From Mobula hypostoma (lineage: Eukaryota): 64,000 nt of DNA. The stretch lies in NCBI RefSeq assembly GCF_963921235.1, contig NC_086109.1, forward strand, positions 34,226,001 to 34,290,000. The letters are read 5' to 3'. This document shows positions 13,556 to 27,224 of this stretch, piece after piece (the first letter of the stretch is position 1; every line of letters begins with the position of its first letter). Under the pieces are notes generated by a model. The model was not told the DNA's origin. It saw only the letters and a list, made by a program, of their open reading frames with translations, and ran no database searches. The position numbers were made by a program, and so were the translations under genes.

Positions 13556-14397
13556 TATGGTGCTCTGTGGGGGGCGTAGGATGTGGTCTACAGCTTGCCC
13601 CAGCATTCCTTGTGGCCACTGCTACTTACTGTTCTTGTTTTAAAACAAGATTATGGTCCGATGTTCAAGTTCATTTATTGTAACATTCTAGCTAGTGTGA
13701 TACAGTTATTTGCTAGTGCATTTGTGGGTCACCCTGACTGTAACCAGGGTGTGTGATAATCACCTCCCCTGTCTGTTTGAGACTTAGCAGTTCTCTCTCT
13801 GGGTCATCATGCCTGGTCTGTTTTTGTGCTTATCAGAATAAAAATGGAAGTTTACTGAAACAAGATGTTCTCTTCTGTCATCATGGACCAAATGCTTGCC
13901 ACGTTGGTGTCATGAGTGGGAGCAGAAATTGACGGAGAGATTGAATTGAATGGAGCACTTTAAGACCGGGTGATAAGTCAAGGGACCAAGCAGTGTGCTT
14001 CCCCCCGCATCCCTCTCCCCCACCCCCCCCCCGGGCAAGGCTCCTGAAGGTGGGACGCTGACCCAGAGGGAGGACCTGGGAACTGAGCATTGTCCCTTCC
14101 AAGGGAACCACAACAGAGCAAGCGGACCCAGGCTCTCCAACCCAAGGAACACAGCAGAGCGCCCCAACCACCTCCCTTGTGACCCACACTAGGTCACAAC
14201 CATGGATGGATGGACAACATGGCAAGGACCACCAAAACTGCCAGAGCAAGAGGAAGACCAATCAAGCTTTGTACACTCAAAATTTCACTTTTGGAAGCCT
14301 CCCACTTTACGAGTACACTTTTGCCAGAAAACAGCATGTCCCAATCCTTTCTGATATCATTGTAATTGGCTTTGCTCCAATTTAGAATCTCAGTTTA

Positions 14398-15721
14398 AGT
14401 TACATTTGTCCTTGACAAAAGACAGACTTAGCATGGATAAAACTAACACATATTTATTTACAGAAACTAGCTCCAGCTCGACATGAGCACGTGCAACCAG
14501 CTCACCAATATCACTTCCGGTTCCGGGTGAATCACCCACAATGCACACTGGGAACTGCAATTCTTTATTATGTACAGACGTAATAACACATCTTCCTCGT
14601 TTATATTAAAAAAAAACAAACACAATACTATGTCCTTATAAGCCTGCAAGGCACAATCAGGCTTTCCAACAAAGATATTTGCATTCACTTCAATTGTAAT
14701 GAGCAGACGTGGTCCCTTATTTACTCAACCACTTCCAATCCCTCTCTGTGGTGGTTTAATGATCCTTTTTGGTCTGCTATTTGTTTCCACAGATGGATTG
14801 CTTTCATTTGCTGTGTTAAGTCTCTGATCAACATGTTCATTTCTTTGACATCCTTCTGCCAAGATCCCATCTGTTCATCTCTGTTCTTGTTCTTGCTGTG
14901 TGACTATAATTGGCTTCACCTGCCTCATAATGGATCTCTGAACTACATCCATGTGTTCACTGAGTCTTTGCACAAGTCCCGTCTGATTCTGTCTTAATTC
15001 ACAGAACTCCTTCTGTGTGTGAAGCTCAGCTAAATATTGGTCAAAGCTACCACCTTCTTTCTGGTCTTGGGAAAATAACTTGTATTTTTCAAAAGTGATG
15101 TTTTCACTTGGGACAAATTACTCCTCAAATATCAAGGCTGTCTCATCAATGTGTAAGCTATTATAGATGTCCAAACATCTTTGGCTATTTCATGTAGAAA
15201 GATAGATGCTTTCAATTTTTCATCCACACCTCCTGCTCTACTCGCCACTAAATACATATTGAATCAATGTTTGAAATGCAATGCGTCTGATTATCAGTTA
15301 GGTTGCTGGTAAACATAGGAGAGCCATTCCGAAGATTTTCAGCAACTGGTTTCTTAATCTCTTGGTGAACTTCTGGACATAATGTGCTCTGCTGCCTTGC
15401 TGGCCAATCTCACTCGCTGCATCTTCCCCTCCCCGCCACCACCCCGGTCACAGCTAATGTCTCTTTCTCAGTAGTAGACGATACTCATTTATGCTCCATG
15501 TTTAGACCTCATGCTGATGTCTGACACCATATTATGCTTGCTCTTGATAAAAATCAAACTTAGCATGGGTAAAACAAATACACATATTTATTTCTAGAAA
15601 TGGCTCCAGCTTGACATGAGTGTGTGTGACCAGCTCACTGACATCACTTCCAGTTCTGGGTGAACTGCCTGCATTGCACACTGGGAATTGCAGTTCTTTT
15701 TCATGGTCACATCTAATAACA
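14398..15721 (-). mobile_element. Internally deleted Gypsy-like LTR element with two ~190-bp LTRs
   Basis: Direct repeats ~14398-14588 and 15530-15721, both ending taataaca (TGTTATTA on minus); PBS-like TGGTGTCAG next to the 5' LTR; purine tract next to the 3' LTR; gag relic EKYKLFSQDQKEGGSFDQYLAEL. Confidence 0.75.
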
Positions 15722-16500
15722 CAGACCAGACCTATCTTTCACAATATTTACTTTGAAACTAATAGAATTTGAACACTAGATCCAAAGTGTTTCCCTACAC
15801 AAACGTTTGTCACCTGCCCTGTCTCATTCCCAAATAGCAGATCAAGTATCACAACTCTCTCTCGTTGGGACTTCTACGCACTGATTAAAGAAACTCTCAT
15901 TAACATATTTGTCAAACTCTATCCCATCTAGTCCCTTTACAGTATGGGAGAACCAGTCAATATGTGGAAAGTTACAATCACCTACTATAAAAACTTCATG
16001 TTTCTTGCAACAGTCTGCGATGTCACTTCAAATTTGTTCTTCTAAACCCCCAGGACCATTGGATGTTCTGTAAAATAGCCCCATTAACGTGGTCATACTT
16101 TTCTTATATCTCAGTTCCACCATAATGCCTCACTGGGTGAGTTCTCCAGTCTGTTCTGACTGAGCACTGCCGTGACATTTTCCCTCTGGAGTATCACCAT
16201 CCCTCCTCCTTTAATCACTCCTGTTCTGTCTCGAGATATAACCATATATAACAATTACAGCACGGAAACAGGCCATCTCGGCCCTTCTAGTCCGTGCCGA
16301 ACTTTTACTCTCACCTAGTCCCACCGACCTGCACTCAGCCCATAACCCTCCATTCCTTTCCTGTCCATATAGCTGTCCAATTTAACTTTAAATGACAACA
16401 TCAAACCTGCCTCAACCACTTCTGCTGGGAGCTCGTTCCACACAGCTACCACTCTCTGAGTAAAGAAGTTCCTCCTCATGTTACCCCTAAACTATTGCCC
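15722..16500 (-). mobile_element. CR1 APE fragment followed by a CR1 3' tail fragment (16235-16500)
   Basis: Matches 4870-5700; the tail segment also occurs at 8055-8255. Confidence 0.75.
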
Positions 16501-16504
16501 TTGA

Positions 16505-16855
16505 TAGGGGTGGCCCTATGTGGGGGTTGAGGGTTGTACCATCCAAGATGAGAGTTAAAATATTTGAGGTCATCTAGATCTGGTCAAAATGAAAGCACAG
16601 GCCTGAAGCTTTGCCTGGTGGCCTGGGATGGATCAGCAGATTAAGCAGCTTGCCATGCCAACATGTCCAGAAGATGCCAAGAGCAGTTCCTCTCCATCCC
16701 TGGGAAAGGCCTGCACTGCCCTGACACTGGATTCATGTGGATTTTGCCAGACCTGTTATGGGCACAAATTTCTTGGTTGTAGTGGATGCTGCTAGAACGT
16801 GACCAGAAGTGTTCCCAATAGCCTTGCTCCCTGTTGATGTGATGAGAAGGCTTCT
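16505..16855 (+). mobile_element. Gypsy integrase relic
   Basis: HWIHVDFARPVMGTNFLVVVDA matches the W.R.H.DFAGP....FL.VVDA integrase motif. Confidence 0.65.
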
Positions 16856-16939
16856 CATAGAAATTTTTTTAATCAAATGGTGGTGAATCTGTGGAAGTTA
16901 TTGCCTTAGACGGCTTTGCAGGCCAGTCATTGGGTATAC

Positions 16940-19279
16940 CCAAATCCCAACATCGTCCAGTCCAGGTAGAAATCCCTTCCAGTTCTGAGACCTGTACCAT
17001 CAAATTACCTACCAAGATTTAACATGAGAAAAGTGAGTCGGACATCTTTCACAGAATCCCTTGATCAACTGTCGATACCGTACCACCAGAACCTGATCGT
17101 TATGATGAATTTGTCCGACTAATCTGGTAAGTAGCACAGCAGAACATACCTAGAGGCTGCAGAACCAAATATATTCAGGGATTGACTAGTGATATCAAGC
17201 AAAGTTATGATGAGTATGTCAACTTATATGACCAAGACCCGTTTGGTCAAGACATAATAGAAATGGGAGAGTCAGTTCTGTCTCTACTGCGCCAAGAGAG
17301 ACAAAAGCGTTGGCAGGAACTGATAGAAAACACAGACATGACCAAGAACAGTAAGGCGGCATGGGCAACTGTTTGGAAACTCAACTCAGACAATAGACCA
17401 CCACAGAGAATTGCTGCCATAACACCCAATCAGGTTGCCCACCAACTGATACTAAATGGTCAACCAAATAACAAGGAACGGGGGCAAAAGTAAAAGCAAC
17501 GTCAGGAGATGGAGTCAGCTCTCTTAAACAGGAATAACAACTTCCCACCTATCACCCTAGAAGAATTAAAGGATGAAGTATCACAGCTAAAATCCAACAA
17601 AGCTGCTGGCATAGATGGGATTCTTAATGAATTTCTTAAACATCTTGTACCTAAAGCACTCCACTAGCTTCTGTCCCTTTTTAACTGTTGCCTAAGATCA
17701 TTAAAGATACCTGAAAAGTGGAGAAGAGCCAAAGTTGTTGCTCTCTTAAAACCCAATAAACACCCCAACATTCCTAAAAACTACAGACCGGTTTCCTTGC
17801 TCTGCACGCTCTATAAACTCTACGAGAGACTCACACTGAAAAGAATATCCCCCTTAGTCGAAGATCTTCTAACACCAGAGCAAGCTGGGTCCAGACCAGG
17901 CCGCTCTTTCTGCGGTCAAGTCCTGAATTTAACCCAGTATATTGAGGATGGCTTTGAAATGCGACAAATTACAGGGGCAGTATTCATTGACTTAACAGCG
18001 GCATACGACACTGTGAATCCAGAGGCCTACTACTGAAATTATCTAAAATGTTAAAGAACAAAACCACAGTCAAAGTAATAAGAAGCCTCGTAGAAAATCA
18101 TAGATTTTATGTAGAAATGAATGGAATTAAGAGTAGGTGGCATCTACAAAAGAACGGACTACCACAGGGATCAGTCCTGGCACCTCTACTATTTAATGTC
18201 TACACAAACGAACAACCAACCTTTCCTAACATACGCAGGTTTATCTATGCAGATGACCTATGCATAGCAACACAAGCTAACTCCTTCCAAGAAGTTGAAG
18301 TACGACTTATAGCAGCCTTCGATGCAATGAAGCAGTATTATGAAAAATGGTCTCTGAACCCAAATCCATCAAAAACCCAAATGTGTGCATTCCACCTGAG
18401 GAATCGAGAAGCAGCTCGGAAACTCAAGATCTTCTGATGTGGGAAGGAACTCGAACACCATCTGACTCCAGTTTACCTGGGCATGACACTGGATAGGATG
18501 CTCTCATTTGCCACCACATCCAAAAACTCCGAGGGAAAGTTGGCTCTTGCAATTCTCTCTTGAAAAAATTAGCAGGCACGAAATGGGGAGCTAATGCTCA
18601 CACACTTAGATCAACTGCCCTAGCACTCTGCTATGCACCTGCAGAATACCGTGCACCTGTGTGGGGCAGATCAGCCCATGTGAAGAAAATAGACCTGTTG
18701 CTTAACAAAGCCTGCCGAATAATCACGGGCACACTGTGCCTCACACCCACTAACATCATTTACAGACTTGCAGGCATTGCTCCCCCAGAGATCCGAAGAC
18801 ACTACAACAAAAATTGTAAAAGGTAAACAGAACTCGAATCCACAGCACCCACTACATCATCATGTGCCAGTTTCCAACCGCCTAAAATCGAGGAAAAGCT
18901 TTGCTACAGTGGAGGAATTACTGCACGGAACATCCCCCCCAAACATACAGGATTGACTCTGGCAACAAACAGAAGCCAGAACCCCACCAAACAATAGTGC
19001 AAGACCCCACAGAAATGTTGCCAGACGGGGCACTGCTTAACAGACGGAAGTGGTGCACTCTCAACAGAGCGAGAGCGGAATTTGTAGGACGGGAGACAAT
19101 ATGGTGAAGTGGGGTTTAAAGACCAGCGAATCCTGTGAGTGTGGCAAAAGGGTGCAGAACATTGAACACGTTCTCTGCAACTGCCCACTCTCACCTAACA
19201 TAGCTGACACTGACCTGCTCAACATCAACCAAACAATGCTAGAGTGGCTGGCTGTCTAGTGTGACAAGCTATGATGATG
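16940..19279 (+). mobile_element. 5'-truncated Vingi/Ingi-like LINE (RT + CCHC zinc finger), inserted in a CR1 3' fragment
   Basis: YKLYERL, EQAGSRPGRS, FIDLTAAYDTV, GLPQGSVLAP, FIYADD, WGANAHTLRSTALALCY, CECG..Q..EHVLCNCP; (ATG)n tail; 11-bp TSD ATTGGGTATAC at 16929-16939 and 19280-19290. Clade assigned from recalled motifs. Confidence 0.85.
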
Positions 19280-19759
19280 ATTGGGTATACTTAAGGTGGA
19301 AGTTAATATGTTCTTAATTAATCAAGGCTTTAATGATTGTGGGGAGAAGGCAGGAGAACGGGTATGAAAGGGATAATAAATCAGCCATGACGGAATGGTG
19401 GAGTGGACTTGATGGGCCAAATGGCCTAATTCTGCTCCTAATCTTATGGTCTTATACCTTGGCCTTTCAATATTCGATAGTTTTCAATGAGATCCCCCCC
19501 ACCCCTCATTCTTCTAAACTCCAGTGAGCACAGGCCCAGAGTTATTCTGTTGTTTGATATAGTAAAAAATTCTGTATCAGTTTATCAATAATTAATCAAA
19601 GAGCTGGAGTTGAGACTTTACTGATAATGACACTTTATTGTCTGCAAATTCATTTTGGATCAGTTATACAGTCATGTTTTCCACATTTTCTTGCATCAAC
19701 TACATTGGATGTCAATCTCACTCCCACTTCTTTTCTTGCAAGCCATTCTCTCCAAAATG

Positions 19760-19985
19760 CTGTTCAACTCTCCCAGAATCTCCTGATGACCCACTGAAAC
19801 ACAGAGCAATTTCCTATAGTCAATTAACCTACAGGCAAATTCATCAAGAAAACCAGAGCACCCAGAGGAAACACACAGCAACAAGGAAACAGTGCAGCTC
19901 CACACTGACAGTACCAAGGTCAGAAATTGAACCCAGGTCACTGGAGTTGTGAAACAGCTACAGTAATACTGTGCCACTATGCAAC
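19760..19985 (-). mobile_element. Degenerate tRNA-derived SINE (HE1/V-SINE-like)
   Basis: Reverse strand has gacctGGGTTCAATTTCtgacc B box then gtgtgtttcctctgggtgctctggtttt core; related copy at 43935-44240. Confidence 0.65.
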
Positions 19986-20689
19986 CTCTGCTGTCTCCTA
20001 TTGCAACTATACTGACTTCCAAAAATCATTCTACTGTCTTCAACAGCATGAATTTTGAAGCTGGAAAAAAAACACTGACATACTTATTTGGCATGTGTAA
20101 TAATATCTGCTCTAGATAAATTTGTAGGTCTATACCTTGCAGCACAGAAGCTCCAGACCTTTTCCTTCGGCATTGCCAGATACCACAGTATTAAAACTGC
20201 GTTCTTCTATTCTTCCTTATAAAGCTGTTCTGGAGGTAGGAAAGACTGATGGGAGCAGCTTGTAAGGGTTCACAATAATTAAACCAATAGAAGATTGTAA
20301 AGAGTTCAGACATTGGTTTAGGCAGGTCGATGATAGATGGAAGCAGACAAGAAATGCAGATGGAACCAAGTGAGATACCTATGCCATCATATTTGCTACA
20401 CATTACTCACAATCATTATTATCTGATTCTCCATCTGTTCCTATGAAACAGAAAATACTGGAAACACCCAGCAAGTCAGGCAGCATCTGTGGAAAGATAA
20501 ACAAAATTTATGTGCCAAGTCTAAGACCCTTCCTATTGAGTGTTTCTAGCATTTTCTGCTGTTATTTCAGTTTTTTATTTGACAGTTCCCGATTCTACAG
20601 GGATTTATTTTTTCTCTTTAAAACATTTACTCAATCAACTCAATCGTCTTTTTGACTTCTGTTGATCTCCTGCCCAGTCCACCTGTTCA

Positions 20690-22860
20690 TTTTGTATGCA
20701 GTTTGTTTTATACAAGCATCACTTCCTGTTAGTCAGCTGTTTTTTACATCACTTCCTGCATGGGTTAGTTTGGATTTCACCTTATAGCACATCCATCTCA
20801 TAAGACCATAAAGCATAGGAGCAGAATTAGACCACTTAGCCCATCGAGTCTGTTCCACCATTCAGTCATGGCTGATCCTTTTTTCCCCTTCTCAGCTCTA
20901 CTCCCCAGCCTTCTCACTGTAATCTTTAATGCTGTGTCCAATCAAGAACCTATCAAGCTCTGCCTTAAATACACCCTGGCCTCCACAGCTGCCCATGATA
21001 ATAAATTCCACAAATTCACCACTCTCTGGCTAAAGAAATGTCTCTGAATCTCTGTTTTAAATGGACTCCCCTCTATCCTGAAGCTGTGCCCTCTTGTCCT
21101 AGACAACCCCACCATGGAAAACAACTTTCCCATATTTACTCTGGCTAGACCTTTCAACATTCAAAAGGTTTCAATGAAATCCCCTCTCATCCTTCTAAAT
21201 TCCAATGAGTGCAGACCCAGAGCTATCAAACGTTCTTCGTATGATAACCCTTTCATTCCAAGAATCATCCTTGTGAACCTCCTCTGAACTTTATCCAATA
21301 CCAGCACATCTTTTCTTGATGAAGAGACTGAAACTGTTCACAAAACTCAAGGTGAGGCCTCACCAGTGCCTTAAAAAGCCTCAGCATCACATCCCTGCTC
21401 TTGTTTCCTAGACCTCTTGAAGTGAATGCTAACATTGTATTTGGCTTCCTCACCACCAACTCTACCTGCAAGTGAACCTTTAGGGTGTTCTGCACAAGGA
21501 CTCCCAACTCCCTTTGCATCTCCACCTTACTGATAACATGGTTGCTCAAAAGAGGGTGAAATCAAAGCAGCGGACAAAAAAAAGGAACCTACTTCTTGTC
21601 GTGATTCACACCAAGATTTTTTTTCCCAGTCTTCCTCCTGAACTTCAGATTCAAACCCCAAAACAGATGAATTCTCATTTTAGGTAGAAGGTGAGAAATG
21701 CCCAAAGCACCATACTTGGAAACACATTGGTGTTCACCACTTAATAAGAGCACGCATGGGCTGGCCAATCCACCAAGTGCATCAGGAGCTTTCCTTTCAC
21801 CAGAAGCTGTTGTGAACCAACCGTACAGCCCTCACTTGCTGCACCAGGCTGTGGTGATAAAGTACTATTAGACAATACTTTGAGCGAGATGCTGCGTCTG
21901 GCCAGAGAAACCCTGAGAGAGAGTCCGTCCAAATGTGGACAAGACAGTTGTCTGGAGAGTGCTGGAGGAACTGCTCAGAGTAGCAAGCGCCAGTGGTCTC
22001 CAGGAGCCAAGAACCTATTGACACTTCAGAAGAATTAGACCCAGATACAACTGTTAATTCAGGACCAGCACCTTAGGCTACTGGTTTCAGCTCAGCGTGA
22101 TGCCCGCTGAGCATCCATCAGATGTAGCTACATTCTAAAGACAGGCTCCAGAACATCAGAAGTTACAGTGGATTTGTGAGGGAGTCGATTGAGGGTGAGT
22201 TCTGCTAACCCCTGCTAACTCCCATTGACTGCGACTGTATTCCCAACAACAGGGATGAAAGCTGCACACGATCATTCACACCTTAAGGACATAGCTGACA
22301 AGATCTCACCACTCGACTCATCTGCTGAGATTCGCCTGTTGCTTGGCAGAGACATCATCTGAGAACACAAGGTGTATGCAGAGGTAGTGCAGTGGATTGC
22401 AAAGCATGAACCTCTTTCAATCCAAAGACATTTGTCAACTCTATCCCTTTCTTGACTCTGAGGAGCAATAGTGAGTTGGAGGACATATCAAGGGAGTGCA
22501 TTCCCTTTTGGAGGTATCTCATCCAATCATATTACCACCAGCAAGTTTGTCATCAAGGACAATACTTTTGAAGCGAGAATGGTTAAAGACTGATTAAAGA
22601 CTAGCTTCTGAGACTGTTCATTCTTTTACCAAAAGCATAATGAAATGATCATTTGACTTTTAGTTTCAGTCGTTAAAGTTGACATTTTATGGAGAGTTTT
22701 CTGCATCTGGAGACACTATTCATTTTGAATGTGGTTCACTTTGTACAAACATCACTTCCTGTGAGTAAGCTGTTTTTTACCTCACTTCCTGCATGGATTA
22801 TTTTGGATTTCAATTTATAGCACACATGGATGAATGACATCCATCTCCATCCACTCTTTA
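20690..22860 (+). mobile_element. Degenerate BEL/Pao-like LTR retrotransposon relic
   Basis: Direct repeats 20705-20800 and 22740-22850 (catcacttcctg..tcacttcctgcatgg..ttggatttca); internal IRLLLGRDII and YPFLDSE..VGGHI..SHPIILP relics typical of Pao pol. Confidence 0.55.
20800..21525 (-). mobile_element. CR1 3' fragment nested in an LTR-like repeat
   Basis: ORFs 20942 and 21265 (LFKALVRPHLEF, TRGHSFRI); cataagaccataaagcataggagc tail. Confidence 0.88.
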
Positions 22861-22879
22861 TTTGCCTTTGAAACAGCGA

Positions 22880-23392
22880 TACCTTCAGCTGCCGCTGCTA
22901 CTGTGCGATCGAGAATCTCCGGAGAGGAAGGCCCCAAATCCTCAGCTTTGCCTATTGCCTGTTGCCGGGGCTGGGGTCAAAGCGCTCAGCAGAGATAGTG
23001 CTGGGTGCTCGGTGTCGGAGAGCTGGTCGGAGGCTCGGAGTTTTCGGATGGACTCAGAGTCGGACTGTGGTTGGATCCTTCCAGGATGCTGCATCGGCAA
23101 GTTTGCGGCGCTGGAGGTTCACCGTCTGAGTGAGATGATGGGACTTTCGAGAGATCCTGAGACTTTTTACCGTGCCATGGTCTGTTCTTTATTAAATTGT
23201 GGTATCGCTTTGCATTGCTGTAACTATATGTTATAATTATGTGGTTTTTGTCAGTTTTTCAGTCGGGTTGTCATGTGTTTCTGTGATATCATTCTGGAGG
23301 AACGTTGTATCATTTCTTAATACATGCATTACTAAATGACAGTAAAAGAGGACTGCGTGCCCTCATAATCTAATCTAATCTAATCTAATCTA
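22880..23392 (+). mobile_element. 5'-truncated copy of the 1690-2376 element
   Basis: Colinear with 1845-2376; (TAATC)5 tail. Confidence 0.75.
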
Positions 23393-23396
23393 TGAG

Positions 23397-23612
23397 AAGA
23401 AGAAAGAAGAAAGCCCTTAACTCCAAGTGGAGTCATCAGGATGCCGTCATGATGGTGATTTTTTAAGCAGGCTTTCTTATTTTTATGAGTCTGAGTTGCT
23501 AGCTCAATGCTCAACGCAGCATGGATGGAAAGCATGCAAGGGTCAGCTGGATTCAAACTCGGGAGCTTTCGCTTCAAAGTCCAGCGCTGATGCCATTACG
23601 CCACCAGCCAGC
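23397..23612 (-). mobile_element. tRNA-derived SINE
   Basis: Reverse strand gctggctggTGGCGTAATGG..gaGTTTGAATCC; TSD ATCTATGAG at 23388-23396 and 23617-23625. Confidence 0.82.
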
Positions 23613-24791
23613 TAATATCTATGAGTCTCGAGCTTAACTTTGGTAAACAGTTAGTAGATGTACTTTGAAAGAAGTATTATGTTTATCATTCATCACGATT
23701 AAGCTAATTGTCATGCCACAAGTTTGCTCTAGCCCACGGCATTGCTATGGAATTTCTCATGTGCCTATTACCTTGTTTAATGCTGATATATTGGTATATC
23801 CAGGCACACAACAATTCTGTATTGAATTTGTTTTACTCTGTTTTACTCTGCAGTTTCTTAAAGTTTTCTCATTAAAAACCCTGAAGAAAGCTCCTGGCTC
23901 AGGTTTTTAAACTCCCTGCCTAGCTTTGTATGTGAGTGCAGTAGGCCACCCCTCTTTCTATGCCCATCCTGTCTACGTGTTTTCTGATCATCTGCCAGAG
24001 TGAGGCCTCTGTCAGTCTGGGTCGAACATGGCTGTCTAGATACAAAAGCCTGGGCAGTATGATATGGAGACCATGCAGCAAGCTCCCCTTCTCCATGCAT
24101 CTGATGAACCCAAAGGCACGGCAGAAACTAATATAGTTTTAGTACCAGTAGTGTGGCAGGAGTTGCCAGTCATTTGCCAGAACGCTTCAGATAATCCATC
24201 AAATTTACCCCTCTATTAATTTCCCATAGCTATGTATCATTGCACAATTTCTCCTGCTGATCCACTGAAATATTTTTGAAATTGGTTTATTATTGTCGAA
24301 TGTACTGAGATACAGTGAAAAATTTGTCGTGCATACTGTTCATACAGATTAATTAATTACATAGTGCAGTGAGTTAGAACAACATTAAAAAAAGCAGATT
24401 GCAGAATAAAGTATAGCAGCTACAGAAGTGTAGTGTAGGTCAACAATAAACTGAAGATCAGTTAGACTGTGATGTCAAAAGTCCATCTTATCCTACGAGG
24501 GAACCATTTAATAGGTATCCGGCGTAGACCTGTTTTGTCAGTAGGCAAATTGCAGTGAGTCAAGGTTGTCTGTAAGGTTTTCATGACAAGATTCTCAAAG
24601 ACTTCATGATGGTAAGTGTCAGATCCACAGGGTGGGAGCCGTTTAGACACGTTACCTTGTTTTCCTTAGGCACTGACATGACAGGCTGTCTTGTATGTGC
24701 CTCGGGGTATTGAAATGTAGTTGGCATTTAGAACGGTGACAAGCTGAAAGGCTATTTTTCTGGCTTTAGAAAAAGGTGCATTAAGAATCAT

Positions 24792-25074
24792 CATAAGACC
24801 ATAAGACCATAAGACAAAGGAGCAGAAGTTGGCCTGTCCGCTCAGCCATTTTATCATGAGCTGATCCATTCTCCCATTTAGTTCCACTCCCCCTCCTTTT
24901 CACCATAACCCTTGGTGCCCTGGCTACTCAGATACCTATCAATCTCTGTCTTAAATACACCCAATGACTTGACCTCCACTGCCACCCGTGGCAACAAATT
25001 CCACAGATTCACCACCCTCTGGCTAAAAAAATTTCTTCGCATCTCTGTTCTGAATGGGTGGCCTTCAATCCTTA
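24792..25074 (-). mobile_element. Short CR1 3' fragment
   Basis: (CATAAGAC)3 tail; possible TSD AATCAT. Confidence 0.8.
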
Positions 25075-25479
25075 ATCATGGAATTATAATGTTCTGGATT
25101 TATCTGATCATACTAAGTTACTCAGTATCGTGCAATGAAGGCAAAATGTATGCAGTGTCTTGTGTGGATACAGCAACATCAGGCTCCTAATTAGTAAAGC
25201 CTTTAAAAGTAGTAGGACCATGCATGACTAAATGTCATCGCATTGAAGGGCTGCTGACCGCTCCCATGAATTAGCTGAAGAATTTATTGGCAGCTGGGCT
25301 AAGCCATTGCCCTTGGCTTTGCCAGCTGGCAAAGCTGTAAGTGATCAGTCTATCATGTCAGTATGCGAGTTAAGTCAGAAGACTAGTCTGCGAATAAATT
25401 GTCAAATGTCAAAACAAAAATATCTTGTTTGTTTGTTTTTATGGAGCACATGGTTGAAATTCCAGGGTGTGACCTGAGC

Positions 25480-26510
25480 AAGAACATGGGCAATACTTTA
25501 TTCCCAGCCAGCAGCAAGCAAGGGGGTTATGCAGCTGCCTCAGTACTCTGTTCACACATGACTGCATGGCCAAGCACCTCAGTAATCGCAGTGTCAAGTT
25601 CGCCAGTGACATGACAGTGGTGGGGCTCATCACCAACAACAATAAGATGGCCTACAGAGAGGAGGTGGAAGTGCGCGAGGCCTGGTGCCAGGCAAATAAC
25701 TTCTTTATCAATGTCAACAAGACAAAGAAGATGGATATCAACTTCCTGAGAACTCACACCACTCACACCCTTCTTTATATCAGCGGCATAGCAGTGGAAA
25801 CTGCGAGCAGTTTCAAACTTCTGGAAGTGTCACATCTCGCACAATCTGTCACGGTCCCAGAACGCATTCTGCCCAATCAAGAAAGCTTACCAACACCTCT
25901 ACTTTCTGAGGAGGCTGAGGAGAGCTGGACTATGCACATCAACTCTCATGTCCTACAGATGCGCAATAAAGAGCATCTTAACATGCTGCATCACTGCACG
26001 ATACAGCAGCTGCACTGTGGCGGACAGCAAGGTTCAACAATGGGTAGACAAAATGGCCCAACGCATCACCAGCACCAGCCTACCCACCATCACGGACATA
26101 TAAACAGAAAGGTTCTGGCAGAGGGTCAGCAATATCATGAAGGATCCCACCTACACTGCTCGTGGACTGTTTGTCCCACTCTCATCAGGGAGGAAGCTAT
26201 GTAGCATCCATGCCAGGACCACCAGATTCAAAAACAATTACTTCCCCAAGCAGTAAGGCTGATCAATACCTCCACCCACTGACCCACCCCACCACCACTA
26301 CCTTATGTACAGACTCTCCTGTGCCTAGCATCACTTTGTGGGCATGCAATCAATCTTTGTATATAAGCTATCTCATGTGATTGATTGTGATATTTTATTA
26401 TTATTGTGTCTTTTATTATGTTTTTTGTGTGCTGCATTAAATCTGGAGTAAAAAAAATTTAGTTCCTCTTTACATTTTTGTATTGGAAATGACATTAAAC
26501 CATCTTGAAC
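25480..26510 (+). mobile_element. Degenerate Rex1/Babar-like LINE 3' part
   Basis: VKFASDMTVVGLITNNNKMAYREEV..WCQANNFFINVNKTKKM. Confidence 0.8.
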
Positions 26511-27224
26511 GTGAATGCAACTTGTAGATATATATGTTCTTTTCTGTCTAAACTGACGATTGTAACATTTTAGCCATAAGTGATCAATCATCTGAAATCC
26601 CTGGAGATGTGATCAGCAGCACTACTAGTGTTCTGTTCTCCTTTATGAACTTGTTCTAAAGGTAGTAAGAGATTGATAGGACTAGATTGTAAGGGCTCAC
26701 AACAATTAAACTGACAGAAGATTATAAACAGTTTACACATTATTTTGGATGTATTGGTACATCTATTAGACTGAGAATACATTTTAATTAATTTTAAACA
26801 GGGTTTTGTTCTAAATATCAACACCTCTGGCTGTGAGAATATGCACCCTGCTGATACATTTTAGAAATACAATTTCTAAAAAAAAATCTCTAATATTACA
26901 CACAAGGAGATTTCTGTTGTACGTGATAATAAAACACGTAGATTGAGGGTCAGTCCCGTTTGGTTTGTGCTGATCATGCCAGGTTGCACATCCATGCTCT
27001 TTCTGACGTCCTGGTTACTTTCTGCTCTTCTCCTATCTTGGATGTCCCCCCGCCTCCCACTTATCACCCACTCCCAAAGTTTCATGACCACAATGAAGTG
27101 ATATTGAAAGTGGTCAAAAGCAGACTGGCACCAGCAAAATCTTCTCTGCAGAAGTTGGAATTAGGTTCCAGAATTGAAACAGTTGACATAACAGAAGGCC
27201 CTGACAAATAGCGTCAATGTAGAT

